In this document: positions 42,350 to 52,169 of the stretch, in pieces
How positions within the stretch are numbered: the first letter of the stretch is position 1
How the letters are laid out: every line of letters begins with the position of its first letter
Assembly: GCA_044356325.1 (NCBI GenBank)
Contig: JBIKWJ010000001.1
Span: forward strand, 1 to 54,304
Direction: 5' to 3'
Origin: Minisyncoccia bacterium
GTDB taxonomy: Bacteria > Patescibacteriota > Minisyncoccia > SW-4-49-11
DNA: 54,304 bases
Notes under the pieces: generated by a model
Database searches by the model: none
The model's input: the letters and a program-made list of their open reading frames with translations, nothing else
What the model was told of the DNA's origin: nothing
Program-made: the position numbers and the translations under genes

Positions 42350-42530
42350 ATCCACCTCCGGCACTTCGTGACACCTCCTCCGAAGGAGGACAAGGAGGCA
42401 AGTTGCAAAACACTTCCACCCCGTCCAGCGAAGCTGTCCACCCCTCAATTTATCTCCACCCCTACGGGAGGTAAACCCGTAGGGAGAGAGGGGAATTTAA
42501 AAAGACCACCCTCTGGGAGAGTGGCTTGGG
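42350..42530. repeat. Palindromic repeat cluster with nested insert
   Basis: CCACCTCC..CCTCCGAAGGAGG unit and interrupted CCCCTCAA/GAGGGG unit. Confidence 0.8.
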
Positions 42531-43517
42531 TTATTCTATGTCTACGATGTATCTCATCTTATTCATTATACTCCTCAAAATCGTAATACATTCCTCAGCT
42601 GTATTACATTGCATAAGTTGAGAGCGGATATCGCTGGCTCCTGGAAAATTATTGAGATATATTTTGAAGCATTTTTTCATCACTGCAAAGTTTTTCTCTT
42701 GTCCCCAAGTTTGGTCAAAAAGTTGTATATGTTCGATGAGTTTTTGCACCTTTATCTCTGTACTGAGTGTATCGTGGTCTATATTGGGATTGAATATCCA
42801 AGGATTATAGAATACTCCCCTTCCAATCATTATCCCATCTACACCATATTGATTGGCGATATCAAGTCCCTGCTGATAAGACAGAATATCTCCATTGCCA
42901 ATAATGAGGGTATGAGGGCTTAGCTCGTCTCTTAGTTTTACTGCCTTTCCAATTTCATCCCAATGAGTAGGATAATCGGATAATTCTTTTACGGTACGGC
43001 CATGTATGGTGAGGGCGTCTAGATTAGATTGTAAGAGATGTCCAATCCATTCTTCGGTTTGAATTTCAGTAAAGCCAATGCGGGTTTTGACACTGACTGG
43101 TATATCCCCCGCTCCCTCTTTGGCGGCTTGTATAATATCTGAGGCGAGTTGGGGATTTTTGATAAGTGCGGAGCAAGCTCCTTGTTTGATTACTTTTTTG
43201 ACTGGGCAGCCCATATTGATATCTAGGCCAGCAAAACCTTGTTCTCTGGCATAAACTCCCGCCTGATAATAATGCTCTGGTGTAATACCCCAAATTTGGG
43301 CTACGAGAGGCTGTTCCTCTGGGGTATATTGTAATCGATGTATGACTTTTGATCTTCCAATTTCAGAGGCGAGTCCCTCTACGCTGGTAAATTCTGTCAC
43401 CATAACATCAGGACGTCCACAAGAGCTAATAATACGCCGAAAAACTGTATCAGTTACCTCCTCCATAGGAGCTAATACAAAAAAGGGTTTAGATAATGAT
43501 TGCCAAAATGATTGCAT
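42531..43517 (-). CDS. dus: tRNA-dihydrouridine synthase
   Basis: LAPME, DINMGCP, SVKTRIG, IHGRT, GNGDI, MIGRG. Confidence 0.95.
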   Translation of the reverse strand: MQSFWQSLSKPFFVLAPMEEVTDTVFRRIISSCGRPDVMVTEFTSVEGLASEIGRSKVIHRLQYTPEEQPLVAQIWGITPEHYYQAGVYAREQGFAGLDINMGCPVKKVIKQGACSALIKNPQLASDIIQAAKEGAGDIPVSVKTRIGFTEIQTEEWIGHLLQSNLDALTIHGRTVKELSDYPTHWDEIGKAVKLRDELSPHTLIIGNGDILSYQQGLDIANQYGVDGIMIGRGVFYNPWIFNPNIDHDTLSTEIKVQKLIEHIQLFDQTWGQEKNFAVMKKCFKIYLNNFPGASDIRSQLMQCNTAEECITILRSIMNKMRYIVDIE

Positions 43518-43596
43518 AGGGTTATTAAATATACGTTTATTATAACATGTGTTGATGATTTATAAATACACATTATACATTAAGGGTTATTATTTT

Positions 43597-43741
43597 GTCC
43601 CCCTTCGCCTGCCTACCGCAGGCAGGCAAAGGAGGACAGAAACTCAGGTTGCAAAATACTCCACCCCGTCAGGCGAAGCCTGCCACCCCTCAATTTATCT
43701 CCACCCCTACGGGAGATAAACCCGTAGGGAGAGAGGGGAAT
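43597..43741. repeat. Palindromic repeat cluster with both nested element types
   Basis: GCCTGCCTACCGCAGGCAGGC and CTACGGG..CCCGTAG inserts inside hairpin loops. Confidence 0.8.
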
Positions 43742-43838
43742 TTTTAGCACTATCCCAAAATAGCAATAGTAATGGTTATTGTAAATTAACAATAAAAGAA
43801 AAACCCCACCTTGACGACGGGGGTTTTGATAGAAGAGT

Positions 43839-44045
43839 TCATTTGAAAAAGAGAGCTATAATTATCACAACAAGTAAGTAGTTGATGGGAATTGTCGGTA
43901 TAATTCCAATTAGTGTCAGTATAATTTCAATTAGGTAGACACTTAGGAAGACTATAATGAATAACAAGATACCCCAGATAATTTTAGACGCTATATCTCT
44001 TTTCAAGACGGTTTTCGCTTGACTGAGAAGGTTTCTTAGTGACAT
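43839..44045 (-). CDS. Small hydrophobic membrane protein (cassette 8)
   Basis: Promoter GTTAT-N6-TTGACA-N17-TATAGT at 44110-44071; terminator at about 43799-43827. Confidence 0.7.
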   Translation of the reverse strand: MSLRNLLSQAKTVLKRDIASKIIWGILLFIIVFLSVYLIEIILTLIGIIPTIPINYLLVVIIIALFFK

Positions 44046-44117
44046 GTTCAAGCTGTCGGAGGTCGAAAAAACTATAGCATAAAGAGCCTAAAATGTCAAT
44101 ATCTAATAACGTTATCC

Positions 44118-44912
44118 TTATATCAATTTCTTCTTTTTATCATCTACTGTTTCATAAAAATATCTGAATAATCCTTTCCATTGAGTAATGGATAAATCTT
44201 GTGGTCGGGATTTGATATGGAATTGATGGGTTTTGGCGAGTCTTTTCCATTGTTCATAGGTGAATATAGGCTCAAGATTTTTCATCAAATTGGACTTTTG
44301 CTGTCCAAAAGCATAGGTTATAAACTTGATATAATCTTGTTTTACTTCCCAAATAGGAGTTGGGATTTGCTCTAATCGTAATAGCTGTACGCTAACACTA
44401 GGAGCTGGGGAGAAATCTGTTTTTTCAAAATTATATACCACTTCACAATTATATAATGAGTTTAGGATAATAGAGATAATACTAGGCTCTGTGGTTCCAA
44501 TTACGCGCTCTATTGCTTCTTTTTGTCCGAATATGAGGGCAGATTCTGGGCTATTATTAGCAGTATATAATCCTTTGATGAGCTCGGAGAATATGGCAAA
44601 AGGTGGATTGGATATAATGGCAAAGCTTTCGCTGGGATAGGTGATTTTGCGAATATCTTGATTGATAATAGTTGCTTTATCTCCAAAATTATCTTGTAGT
44701 TTGCTATATAAATCTGGATCAAGTTCTATTGCTTGTACTCTATATTCTCTTGCAACTAATTCTTTGGTAATAATCCCCTCTCCTGCTCCCAAATCTAAGA
44801 TGAGGGAATTTGGACTTAAGGGAATAAAATCAATAATATACCGTATTAAGGCAGGGTTTTTGATAAAATTTTGAGAATAGGCCTTGCGCTTCTCACTATT
44901 ATAATCTTGCAT
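44118..44912 (-). CDS. rRNA adenine N6-methyltransferase, Erm/KsgA family (Erm-like)
   Basis: SQNFI, LDLGAGEG, NPPF, FSPAPSV, LSITQWKGLF; start placed at MQDYN. Confidence 0.88.
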   Translation of the reverse strand: MQDYNSEKRKAYSQNFIKNPALIRYIIDFIPLSPNSLILDLGAGEGIITKELVAREYRVQAIELDPDLYSKLQDNFGDKATIINQDIRKITYPSESFAIISNPPFAIFSELIKGLYTANNSPESALIFGQKEAIERVIGTTEPSIISIILNSLYNCEVVYNFEKTDFSPAPSVSVQLLRLEQIPTPIWEVKQDYIKFITYAFGQQKSNLMKNLEPIFTYEQWKRLAKTHQFHIKSRPQDLSITQWKGLFRYFYETVDDKKKKLI

Positions 44913-44917
44913 ATAAT

Positions 44918-46654
44918 TTAGGATTCTAAATGCTCTATCAAATCCATAACTTTTACCCACAGTGCCTCTTGTGTGGCAAGTTTCTCAGGTGATTCTGCTA
45001 TTCCTAGTCTTACATCTTCTTTTAAGTCCGCAATTTTTTTATCTATTTTATTTAATTCTTTGCGAGCTTGATATAATTCTCTTTTACGTGTTTTCTCATC
45101 TCCGGCATAGGTAGATACGGTTTGAGTAATGGCTTCGGTGTTCTGCTCTTTAGTCTGATCAGCATGATGCTGTAGACTCCATACATATTCTTCATAATTC
45201 CCATTATATTTGGTGATGGCGCCATCTTTTACTTGCCAAATCATTGTCGCAAGATTATTAACAAAACTTCTATCATGGCTCACAAAAATAAGAGTTCCTC
45301 CCCATTCTGCTAGGGAACTTCCCATAATTTCTACGGTTTCCATATCGAGATGGTTTGTAGGTTCATCCAAAATCAAGACATCATATCCTTCCAGGAATAC
45401 TGCTGCGAGTCGCAATCTTGCCTTTTCCCCTCCAGATAATACGGTGAGAGGTTTATCATGTTCTGCTTTAGAGAATAAGAAACTTCCAAGAGTTTTTTTG
45501 ACATCATCATCACTGATGGATATATCTGCAACTTTTCTCAAATAATCATAAATAGTAGACTGATTTTGGGTGTCGAATTCTACACTTTGGGCAAAATATC
45601 CAATTTTAAGTCCATTCCCAAATTTAAATTCACCATTTAATAGGGGTAATTCACCTGAAAGAGTTTTCAAAAGTGTAGATTTTCCTTGTCCATTATCTCC
45701 GAGTACGGCAATTTTTTGCCCTCTCTCTACATATAGATTTTGACCCTCTGCGATTATTGTTTTATCATATCCGATACTGATGCGAGGTATATCTAATCCC
45801 ATACCTGAACTTTTGGCAATAAAAGGCAAATGCATTCTTACTTTTGAGCTGGGGGTATATATACTTTTTTTCTCCTGAGATAATCGCTCAATATGTTTTT
45901 GCTTGGATTTAGCTTGAGCGGCTTTACTTGCCTTTGCTCCAAATCGGTCTATAAATTCTTGTAATTGGGCTTGTTTTTTCTCAATATTAGCATTGGTACG
46001 GATAATTTGATTCTGTACTGTTTGCTTATATTCAAAATATTCATCTACATTACCAGGATATAGAGCAATTTGTCCCTGATCAACTTCTATGGTACTGGTC
46101 ATTACTCTTCGGAGGAATTCTCTATCATGAGTAATCAATAATACTGTTCCTTTAAAAGATATAAGCCAATGTTCTAATAAAAGAATAGTGGAAAGATCAA
46201 GATAATTGGTCGGCTCATCCAAAAGTATGAGATTTGGCTTTGCCATCAACATTCGAATAAGCTTTAATCGCATACGATATCCTCCAGAAATATCCCCAAT
46301 AGGAAGTTCCAGCTTTTCTTTTGGCATATCGAATTCTAGGGCTTGTTTGAATATTTCCCAATCTTGACTTTGCGTAGTCTCTATCAAATAATTAATTCCT
46401 GTTTGCTCTAAATCAAATTCATCTTCTTGGGCAATATAGCCAATGCGAGTAGATTTATCTAAAGTAATACTTCCATCATCAGGCTCTTCTAGTCCCAAAA
46501 TCATACGAAATAAGGTACTCTTCCCCGCTCCATTGCGTCCAAGGACACCATAAATTTCTCCCTCATGAATAGAGCAAGTAGCAGTATTAAATATAACCTT
46601 GAGTCCATAATGTTTCTCAAGGTTATATATACGAATTAATTCTCTTTTAGCCAT
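44918..46654 (-). CDS. ABC-F family ATPase
   Basis: Two ABC domains (GRNGAGKST, LDEPTN twice), linker FIDRFGAKASKAAQAKS, no TM segments. Confidence 0.95.
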   Translation of the reverse strand: MAKRELIRIYNLEKHYGLKVIFNTATCSIHEGEIYGVLGRNGAGKSTLFRMILGLEEPDDGSITLDKSTRIGYIAQEDEFDLEQTGINYLIETTQSQDWEIFKQALEFDMPKEKLELPIGDISGGYRMRLKLIRMLMAKPNLILLDEPTNYLDLSTILLLEHWLISFKGTVLLITHDREFLRRVMTSTIEVDQGQIALYPGNVDEYFEYKQTVQNQIIRTNANIEKKQAQLQEFIDRFGAKASKAAQAKSKQKHIERLSQEKKSIYTPSSKVRMHLPFIAKSSGMGLDIPRISIGYDKTIIAEGQNLYVERGQKIAVLGDNGQGKSTLLKTLSGELPLLNGEFKFGNGLKIGYFAQSVEFDTQNQSTIYDYLRKVADISISDDDVKKTLGSFLFSKAEHDKPLTVLSGGEKARLRLAAVFLEGYDVLILDEPTNHLDMETVEIMGSSLAEWGGTLIFVSHDRSFVNNLATMIWQVKDGAITKYNGNYEEYVWSLQHHADQTKEQNTEAITQTVSTYAGDEKTRKRELYQARKELNKIDKKIADLKEDVRLGIAESPEKLATQEALWVKVMDLIEHLES

Positions 46655-46712
46655 AGTATATATACAGTATTCACTTCATACTATGCCATAAAAATTGAAT
46701 TATGGCAAGTTA

Positions 46713-47009
46713 TTACTGAGCTGAAGTTGGCAACCCTCCAGGAATATTTACTGTAGGATTTGTTGCCTCTGGATCTGGTTCAGATATTCCCGCTGCTGGA
46801 TTTGCTGCAGGGGTTGTTGCTGGAGTCTCTATAGTTTGAGATACTTCTTCTAATACGGGAGTAGGCTCTTGATTTTGTCTATATAAAAGATACCCAAGTA
46901 CAGCACCACCTCCAATAACAAGTATTAGGAGAATAAGAGTAGTCCTAGAACCACCATTAGATTGTACTTCTTGTTGTGAGCTTTCAGGTGTTCCAAATGT
47001 ATCTGCCAT
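46713..47009 (-). CDS. Small single-TM protein with Pro/Thr-rich tail
   Basis: 98-aa ORF; starts MADTF like its neighbour. Confidence 0.75.
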   Translation of the reverse strand: MADTFGTPESSQQEVQSNGGSRTTLILLILVIGGGAVLGYLLYRQNQEPTPVLEEVSQTIETPATTPAANPAAGISEPDPEATNPTVNIPGGLPTSAQ

Positions 47010-47030
47010 AATATATTTATTAGCTATTAA

Positions 47031-47540
47031 TTATTGTTCCAATATACCAATAGGACGTGAATAAGGATTAAGTAGATCATCCTCTCCCATAGGAGGACGA
47101 TCACTTCTCTCCTTACTCAAAATTTTGGTAGCATCTTTTCCACAAACATCTGTAGCTTTAATATTTAATGTTTGTGATATATTTGTTTTTATAAAATCTG
47201 AGATATCATATACTATATCATCCACTACGGCCCAACAAGATTCTATTTTTGAATTGACTTCTAATTGCTGTTTAGTAACAATATTATTAGGGTCTATATT
47301 AGATATATTTTTAGCTAAAAATTCTGGATTAACAGATTCTATCGGAGTATTAACTGACTCAGACTTAGTTACTGAATTTACCTCTACATCTGGGTTGGTA
47401 TTAGTATTTTTACCCTGAATTTCTATAGTCATACTGAATCCGATGCTCGCAAGAATAATAAGTATAATAACATTTTTAGAACATCTCTTGGATTGAGTTG
47501 TTTCCGGTGAATATTTTGCTGCACTAAATGTATCTGCCAT
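47031..47540 (-). CDS. Membrane-anchored degenerate cytochrome b5-like protein
   Basis: SCWAVVDDIVYDIS and CGKDAT present, HPGG absent. Confidence 0.8.
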   Translation of the reverse strand: MADTFSAAKYSPETTQSKRCSKNVIILIILASIGFSMTIEIQGKNTNTNPDVEVNSVTKSESVNTPIESVNPEFLAKNISNIDPNNIVTKQQLEVNSKIESCWAVVDDIVYDISDFIKTNISQTLNIKATDVCGKDATKILSKERSDRPPMGEDDLLNPYSRPIGILEQ

Positions 47541-47544
47541 ATAT

Positions 47545-48054
47545 TTAATTTTGTATTGCTTCAGCTAATTTCCCAATTTTAAATCCTACCAAAACATCAC
47601 TTGCACCACCTTCCTTATGCTCAATAGGTTTTGCAAATAATGCTGTTCCATCTTTTCCACAAATTTTAAGGATCTCAGCTTCTCCACCTGGATGATTTGG
47701 TACGTATTTAGTAATATCATATACATTGCCATCAACAATAGTCCAACAGGAAGATTTACTATTATTCTCTGCAACTTGATTGGGGGTAATATTAAGCCCA
47801 GGCACAAGACTACTTGGAATAGAAGCCCCAGCTGAGGGAGTATTTGTTACAGTAGTAGATGTAGGAGCAGTATTAGGTACAGGCTCAGCAATTTCTGGAG
47901 AATTAGTTGTTTTTGACTCACCATTTGATTGGTATACAAGATACCCTAAAAAACTAGCGCAAATAAGTATAAATCCAATAAAAACAATAGTAAATTTTGA
48001 GATTTTTGGTACTTTTTGTTCTACTGATGTATTGGGTGTAATTTTAGGTTCCAT
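47545..48054 (-). CDS. Membrane-anchored cytochrome b5-like heme-binding protein
   Basis: SCWTIVDGNVYDIT..HPGG..CGKDGT. Confidence 0.9.
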   Translation of the reverse strand: MEPKITPNTSVEQKVPKISKFTIVFIGFILICASFLGYLVYQSNGESKTTNSPEIAEPVPNTAPTSTTVTNTPSAGASIPSSLVPGLNITPNQVAENNSKSSCWTIVDGNVYDITKYVPNHPGGEAEILKICGKDGTALFAKPIEHKEGGASDVLVGFKIGKLAEAIQN

Positions 48055-48114
48055 TATTTTATATTGGTATTATAACTTTATAAATAGTATATCATAGAGA
48101 ATATTTTTCTGCAA

Positions 48115-49260
48115 CTATATATTCTTCTTTAATAAGGATATTATGAATAACTCAATATTACGATATAAATATGCTAATCCAAAAGAAATTGGTAAGATAA
48201 TAATTACTGGTATAAGAGCATAGAGAATAATCTGTATAATTAATAACTGATCTGAAAATGGATACAAAATAAAAATCAGTTGCTGTATGGGGAAATGAAA
48301 TAAAAATATCCATAAACTAATACGCCCTAAAGGAGATAATATATTTTGAATCATAGTAGCTATAGGATTAGATTTTTGAAAATAATTCCATAATATAAAT
48401 ATAATAGCAAAACCGAAAAATATCTGAACATTATAAAATGATAAAGACTTCACCGTTGTTTCACTAAGATTAAGATATGGGAGTAAAACAATAATAGAGG
48501 CCTGTAAAGCAAAATATATACAAATCAATTCTTGCCAGATTGAAGATGGGGCTTCACTAAAAATATTTTTTCTCACCATTCCATATACAAAGAATATAAG
48601 ATATTGTCCACATAAGGGTATATCCCATAAATACCAAGTATCAGGGATAGAAAAAGATATGAGAGAAATACTAAGAGCTCCTATAAGGAGATATTTGGGA
48701 CTAATTTTACGAATATAATCTAGTAGTGGATATAGTAAATATAATTGGAATAATACCGGTATAAAATAAAATGGTATAGCTGCTTCTCCAGATATAAGGA
48801 GTTTGGGAAGAGTAATGTCTCCACTATACCCTATTTGCCATAATATAGTAGTGATAATAATATAAGGTATTGCAATACGAATAATTTTGCTTCCATAAAA
48901 TTGTATTATGGCTCTCCCACTCCATACAAAAGGCTTTAATAACAATCCAGATGTAAACAAAAAAACAGGAATAGCAAATCGAAATATATTATTGACAACA
49001 CTTAATAGTATACTATCAAAAAGAGTATTGTATTCAAATCCCAAAAGATAACAGGCGTGAATAATAATCACACTAATAATAGCAATTCCTTTGAGAGTAT
49101 CAATAGAGGCAAGTCTTTTTTGAGGAGGGATATTGATATCTTTAGTGTCAATATCCCAGAATAATTGAGAGTATCGAGGTATCACAAGTAAAATCAGGGT
49201 ACCTATAATCATCACAAGATACTCGAATAGGAATTGACTTTGAACTTGAAAGATATCCAC
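48115..49260 (-). CDS. Acyltransferase-3 family membrane protein
   Basis: IDTLKGIAIISVIIIH, FAIPVF..SG, LGRISLWIFLFH. Confidence 0.88.
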   Translation of the reverse strand: MDIFQVQSQFLFEYLVMIIGTLILLVIPRYSQLFWDIDTKDINIPPQKRLASIDTLKGIAIISVIIIHACYLLGFEYNTLFDSILLSVVNNIFRFAIPVFLFTSGLLLKPFVWSGRAIIQFYGSKIIRIAIPYIIITTILWQIGYSGDITLPKLLISGEAAIPFYFIPVLFQLYLLYPLLDYIRKISPKYLLIGALSISLISFSIPDTWYLWDIPLCGQYLIFFVYGMVRKNIFSEAPSSIWQELICIYFALQASIIVLLPYLNLSETTVKSLSFYNVQIFFGFAIIFILWNYFQKSNPIATMIQNILSPLGRISLWIFLFHFPIQQLIFILYPFSDQLLIIQIILYALIPVIIILPISFGLAYLYRNIELFIISLLKKNI

Positions 49261-49700
49261 TATTTTAGTTCAGCAATAAGAGGCTGTGTATAGGGAGGAA
49301 TAGGGAAAATAAAGGTACGAGTACCGGACTTAGTAACCAAACTATTAAACTGCCTGATATTAGAGTTATGGGTTTTAATCATCTCATCATACTCTTGCCT
49401 CTGCTGATTAAACGCATCAATAGACTTATTATATTTAGGTACTACTTCATTATATTGAGCTATCTTTTTACTAGAAAGCAATTCATCCAAAGTCTCTTTT
49501 TCTTTTGCAAGATTAATCTTCGCTTTTTCTAAATCTTGCTCTTTTTCTGTAATTATAGAGGCCTCTATATTAATGGTATTATCCAATGCTCTCATATTTT
49601 GAGTATCCTCATAGTGTATATGTTCTTGCCAACCCCACCAAGATACATTAGCAACAATATAGCATATTACAAATAGGGTAAAAATTTTTGATATGGACAT
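49260..49700 (-). CDS. Membrane-anchored coiled-coil hypothetical protein
   Basis: N-terminal TM, repeated YN/FN heptad pattern. Confidence 0.75.
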   Translation of the reverse strand: MSISKIFTLFVICYIVANVSWWGWQEHIHYEDTQNMRALDNTINIEASIITEKEQDLEKAKINLAKEKETLDELLSSKKIAQYNEVVPKYNKSIDAFNQQRQEYDEMIKTHNSNIRQFNSLVTKSGTRTFIFPIPPYTQPLIAELK

Positions 49701-49847
49701 ATATATAGTAGCATTTATTTTATTTACTGTATATAGTATATCGTAAATTATATGATTAGTAAAATATTTGTATGAGATGAGGAGATCGTAGACAAAACAG
49801 ATTACTATACATTACTAACCTAGGGTCCCTAACCTGTCACAAAAAGT

Positions 49848-50023
49848 GTCCTCCTTTGCCTGCCTGGGGTAGGCAGGGAGGAGGTGGCCGTCAGGCCGGA
49901 GGTGGATAGAGTTCAAGTCTTTATTTTATCCACCCCCGCCTTTCAGGCTTCCCCCTCCTAAGGGGGACAAAAGTAATAATTCTTTTGTTGCGACAATATA
50001 TGCGACTATAAGGTCGCCCCTAC
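49848..50023. repeat. Palindromic repeat cluster plus GTAG-type REP
   Basis: Double-hairpin units with nested CCTGCCT-GGGGT-AGGCAGG; GGTCGCCCCTAC near 50012. Confidence 0.8.
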
Positions 50024-50073
50024 ACAAATCTCATCTTGTCTAAGATGTATCTCATCTTATTCAATATTTTATA

Positions 50074-50490
50074 TTAACCTAATTCTTTGAAAAAGCTATC
50101 CAAGATACCGTCTATATCATCAATAGTTTTATATTCTTGAACTTGCAAATTTGCATTACCTCCAATCATCGGGGACAATCTTCTCCCTTCTTGCTCACGG
50201 AAAAGGCATAATATAGGTTTTTTACCCTCCATTTGCCCAATTTCATACCCTACTCCCAAACTTGGAGTAGTAACCTCAGCTACTACAATATCTGATTCAT
50301 TGAGCCAATTCATATCCCGCCGATAAATATCAATATCACTAGAATCTTGTTCACCAAAAGTAGTTAATTCACTATCTCCAATATGCTCCGTTAATACCGT
50401 ACCATAGGCTTCAAGTTGTTGTATAATTTGAGCATAGAGATCCTTATCATCTCGCCCTCCTCTAATTGACCCTGCAAAATATATTTTCAT
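50074..50490 (-). CDS. Nucleoside 2-deoxyribosyltransferase / Rcl-like hydrolase
   Basis: IYFAGSIRGGR, VLTEH, AEVTTPSLGVGYEIG. Confidence 0.92.
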   Translation of the reverse strand: MKIYFAGSIRGGRDDKDLYAQIIQQLEAYGTVLTEHIGDSELTTFGEQDSSDIDIYRRDMNWLNESDIVVAEVTTPSLGVGYEIGQMEGKKPILCLFREQEGRRLSPMIGGNANLQVQEYKTIDDIDGILDSFFKELG

Positions 50491-50619
50491 ATTATGTTAT
50501 ATTATTATGTATATATTATATCATAAGTTAAATACGTTATTTATCAAATATAGCTCATATAAGGATATCCACATATACAATTATTAAAGGAAAGTATATA
50601 ATATAAATGATCTTATTAT

Positions 50620-51378
50620 ATGTTTTTAATTAATAATATGTTTGATATTCTATTTGCAAGAACATTCTTTATCGTAGGAGGTATGTTAGTCATAACCGCC
50701 ATTACTGCTCTTATCAACAAAGGATTTGAGACATCATTGGAGTATTGGGGAAGTATTATTGCATTGTTTGGATTATTGATTGCCCTTATGTTTTATGCCA
50801 ATGTTTTTCCTACCAATTTGATTCTTGTGGGACTTTTTTCTGCTATTATGGGCTGGATCATTGGCCCTACAATATCGGCATTAGGTCAACGATATAAGTT
50901 TAGAAAACATCTCAAGAATAATGGAGTTGTGATTGAAAAAGGTCGTAATATCCCTAAAGAATATCAAGAAGAATTTGCGACATCTTTTGATAATGAAGAA
51001 TATCAATCAGAATGGAATAATACTGTCTTTCAAGCACTTTTTGCCACAGCAATAGCAGTATTTGCAACTGGAGGTACAGTTTTCTTAACCAATATTGACT
51101 TTAGTTTTTTGAATGGATTTTTATTTATTTCATTAATTATTTTAGTTATTATGGGGCTATTAAATGTATTCATATTTCGCTCGCATATGTTTACCTTTAT
51201 TAGTTCTTATTTTGGGGCTGTTATTTTTACCCTATATCTCTTATTCGATTTTAATAGACTAGAAGCAATGGCAGGAGATGAGTCATGGGGAACTGCTATT
51301 GATATCTCAGTTAATCTTTATTTAGACATTATTAATTTATTTTTGGATTTACTCACTATACTTTCCGAGTTCAATTAA
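50620..51378 (+). CDS. Bax inhibitor-1/YccA family membrane protein
   Basis: Seven-TM pattern, LYLDIINLFL. Confidence 0.9.
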   Translation: MFLINNMFDILFARTFFIVGGMLVITAITALINKGFETSLEYWGSIIALFGLLIALMFYANVFPTNLILVGLFSAIMGWIIGPTISALGQRYKFRKHLKNNGVVIEKGRNIPKEYQEEFATSFDNEEYQSEWNNTVFQALFATAIAVFATGGTVFLTNIDFSFLNGFLFISLIILVIMGLLNVFIFRSHMFTFISSYFGAVIFTLYLLFDFNRLEAMAGDESWGTAIDISVNLYLDIINLFLDLLTILSEFN

Positions 51379-51396
51379 AATACTAAAGTAGTTTTT

Positions 51397-52101
51397 ATGA
51401 CCATTATACAAAACTCCCTTCGCCAATATGCTTCTCCCGAGAGGAAGGTTAATGTAGAGAGATTTTTTAAAACAGGAAAAGGGCAATATGGAGAGGGCGA
51501 TGAGTTCATTGGGGTAAGTAATCCCGATGTCAGAAAAGTCGCGAGGCAGTACAAAGATATATCATTAGATGAGATAGAGTTACTACTTCATTCCCCTATT
51601 CATGAAGATAGATTATGTGCTCTCATAATACTTGTCAATCAGAACACAAAAGCAAATCCAGAAGCTCAAAAAACTATCGTTAATCTGTATATTGTCAATT
51701 TGCATTATATCAATAATTGGGATCTCGTGGACCTCTCAGCTCATTATATACTCGGTAAAGCTATATATGATGGAATTCAGTCCAAAGATATACTCGATAC
51801 CCTCGCTCCCTCCCCTATTCTCTGGGAGCGAAGAGTTAGCATTATATCTACCTTTTATTTTATCCATAAAGGGAATATTGATGATACCTTGAGATTATCT
51901 AAAGTTTTACTCACAGATAAGGAAGATTTAATGCATAAAGCCGTAGGTTGGGCTTTGAGAGAAGCTTGGAAAAAAGACGCCCCTCGAGTAGAGGAGTTCC
52001 TCCAAAAGAATTATTCTCATATTCCTCGCACCACACTCCGCTATGCTATTGAGCGTATAGAAGAGAATAAGCGTAAGAGATTTTTGAAGGGGATGTTTTA
52101 A
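51397..52101 (+). CDS. DNA alkylation repair protein (AlkD-like)
   Basis: FFKTGKGQYGEGD, NNWDLVD, KAVGWALRE, RTTLRYAIE. Confidence 0.92.
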   Translation: MTIIQNSLRQYASPERKVNVERFFKTGKGQYGEGDEFIGVSNPDVRKVARQYKDISLDEIELLLHSPIHEDRLCALIILVNQNTKANPEAQKTIVNLYIVNLHYINNWDLVDLSAHYILGKAIYDGIQSKDILDTLAPSPILWERRVSIISTFYFIHKGNIDDTLRLSKVLLTDKEDLMHKAVGWALREAWKKDAPRVEEFLQKNYSHIPRTTLRYAIERIEENKRKRFLKGMF

Positions 52102-52169
52102 ACTAGTAAAAACTCCCTACAGACAGTATCTGTAAGGAGCTTTGTTGAAAGTTGTGAGATGCTTTTTAT

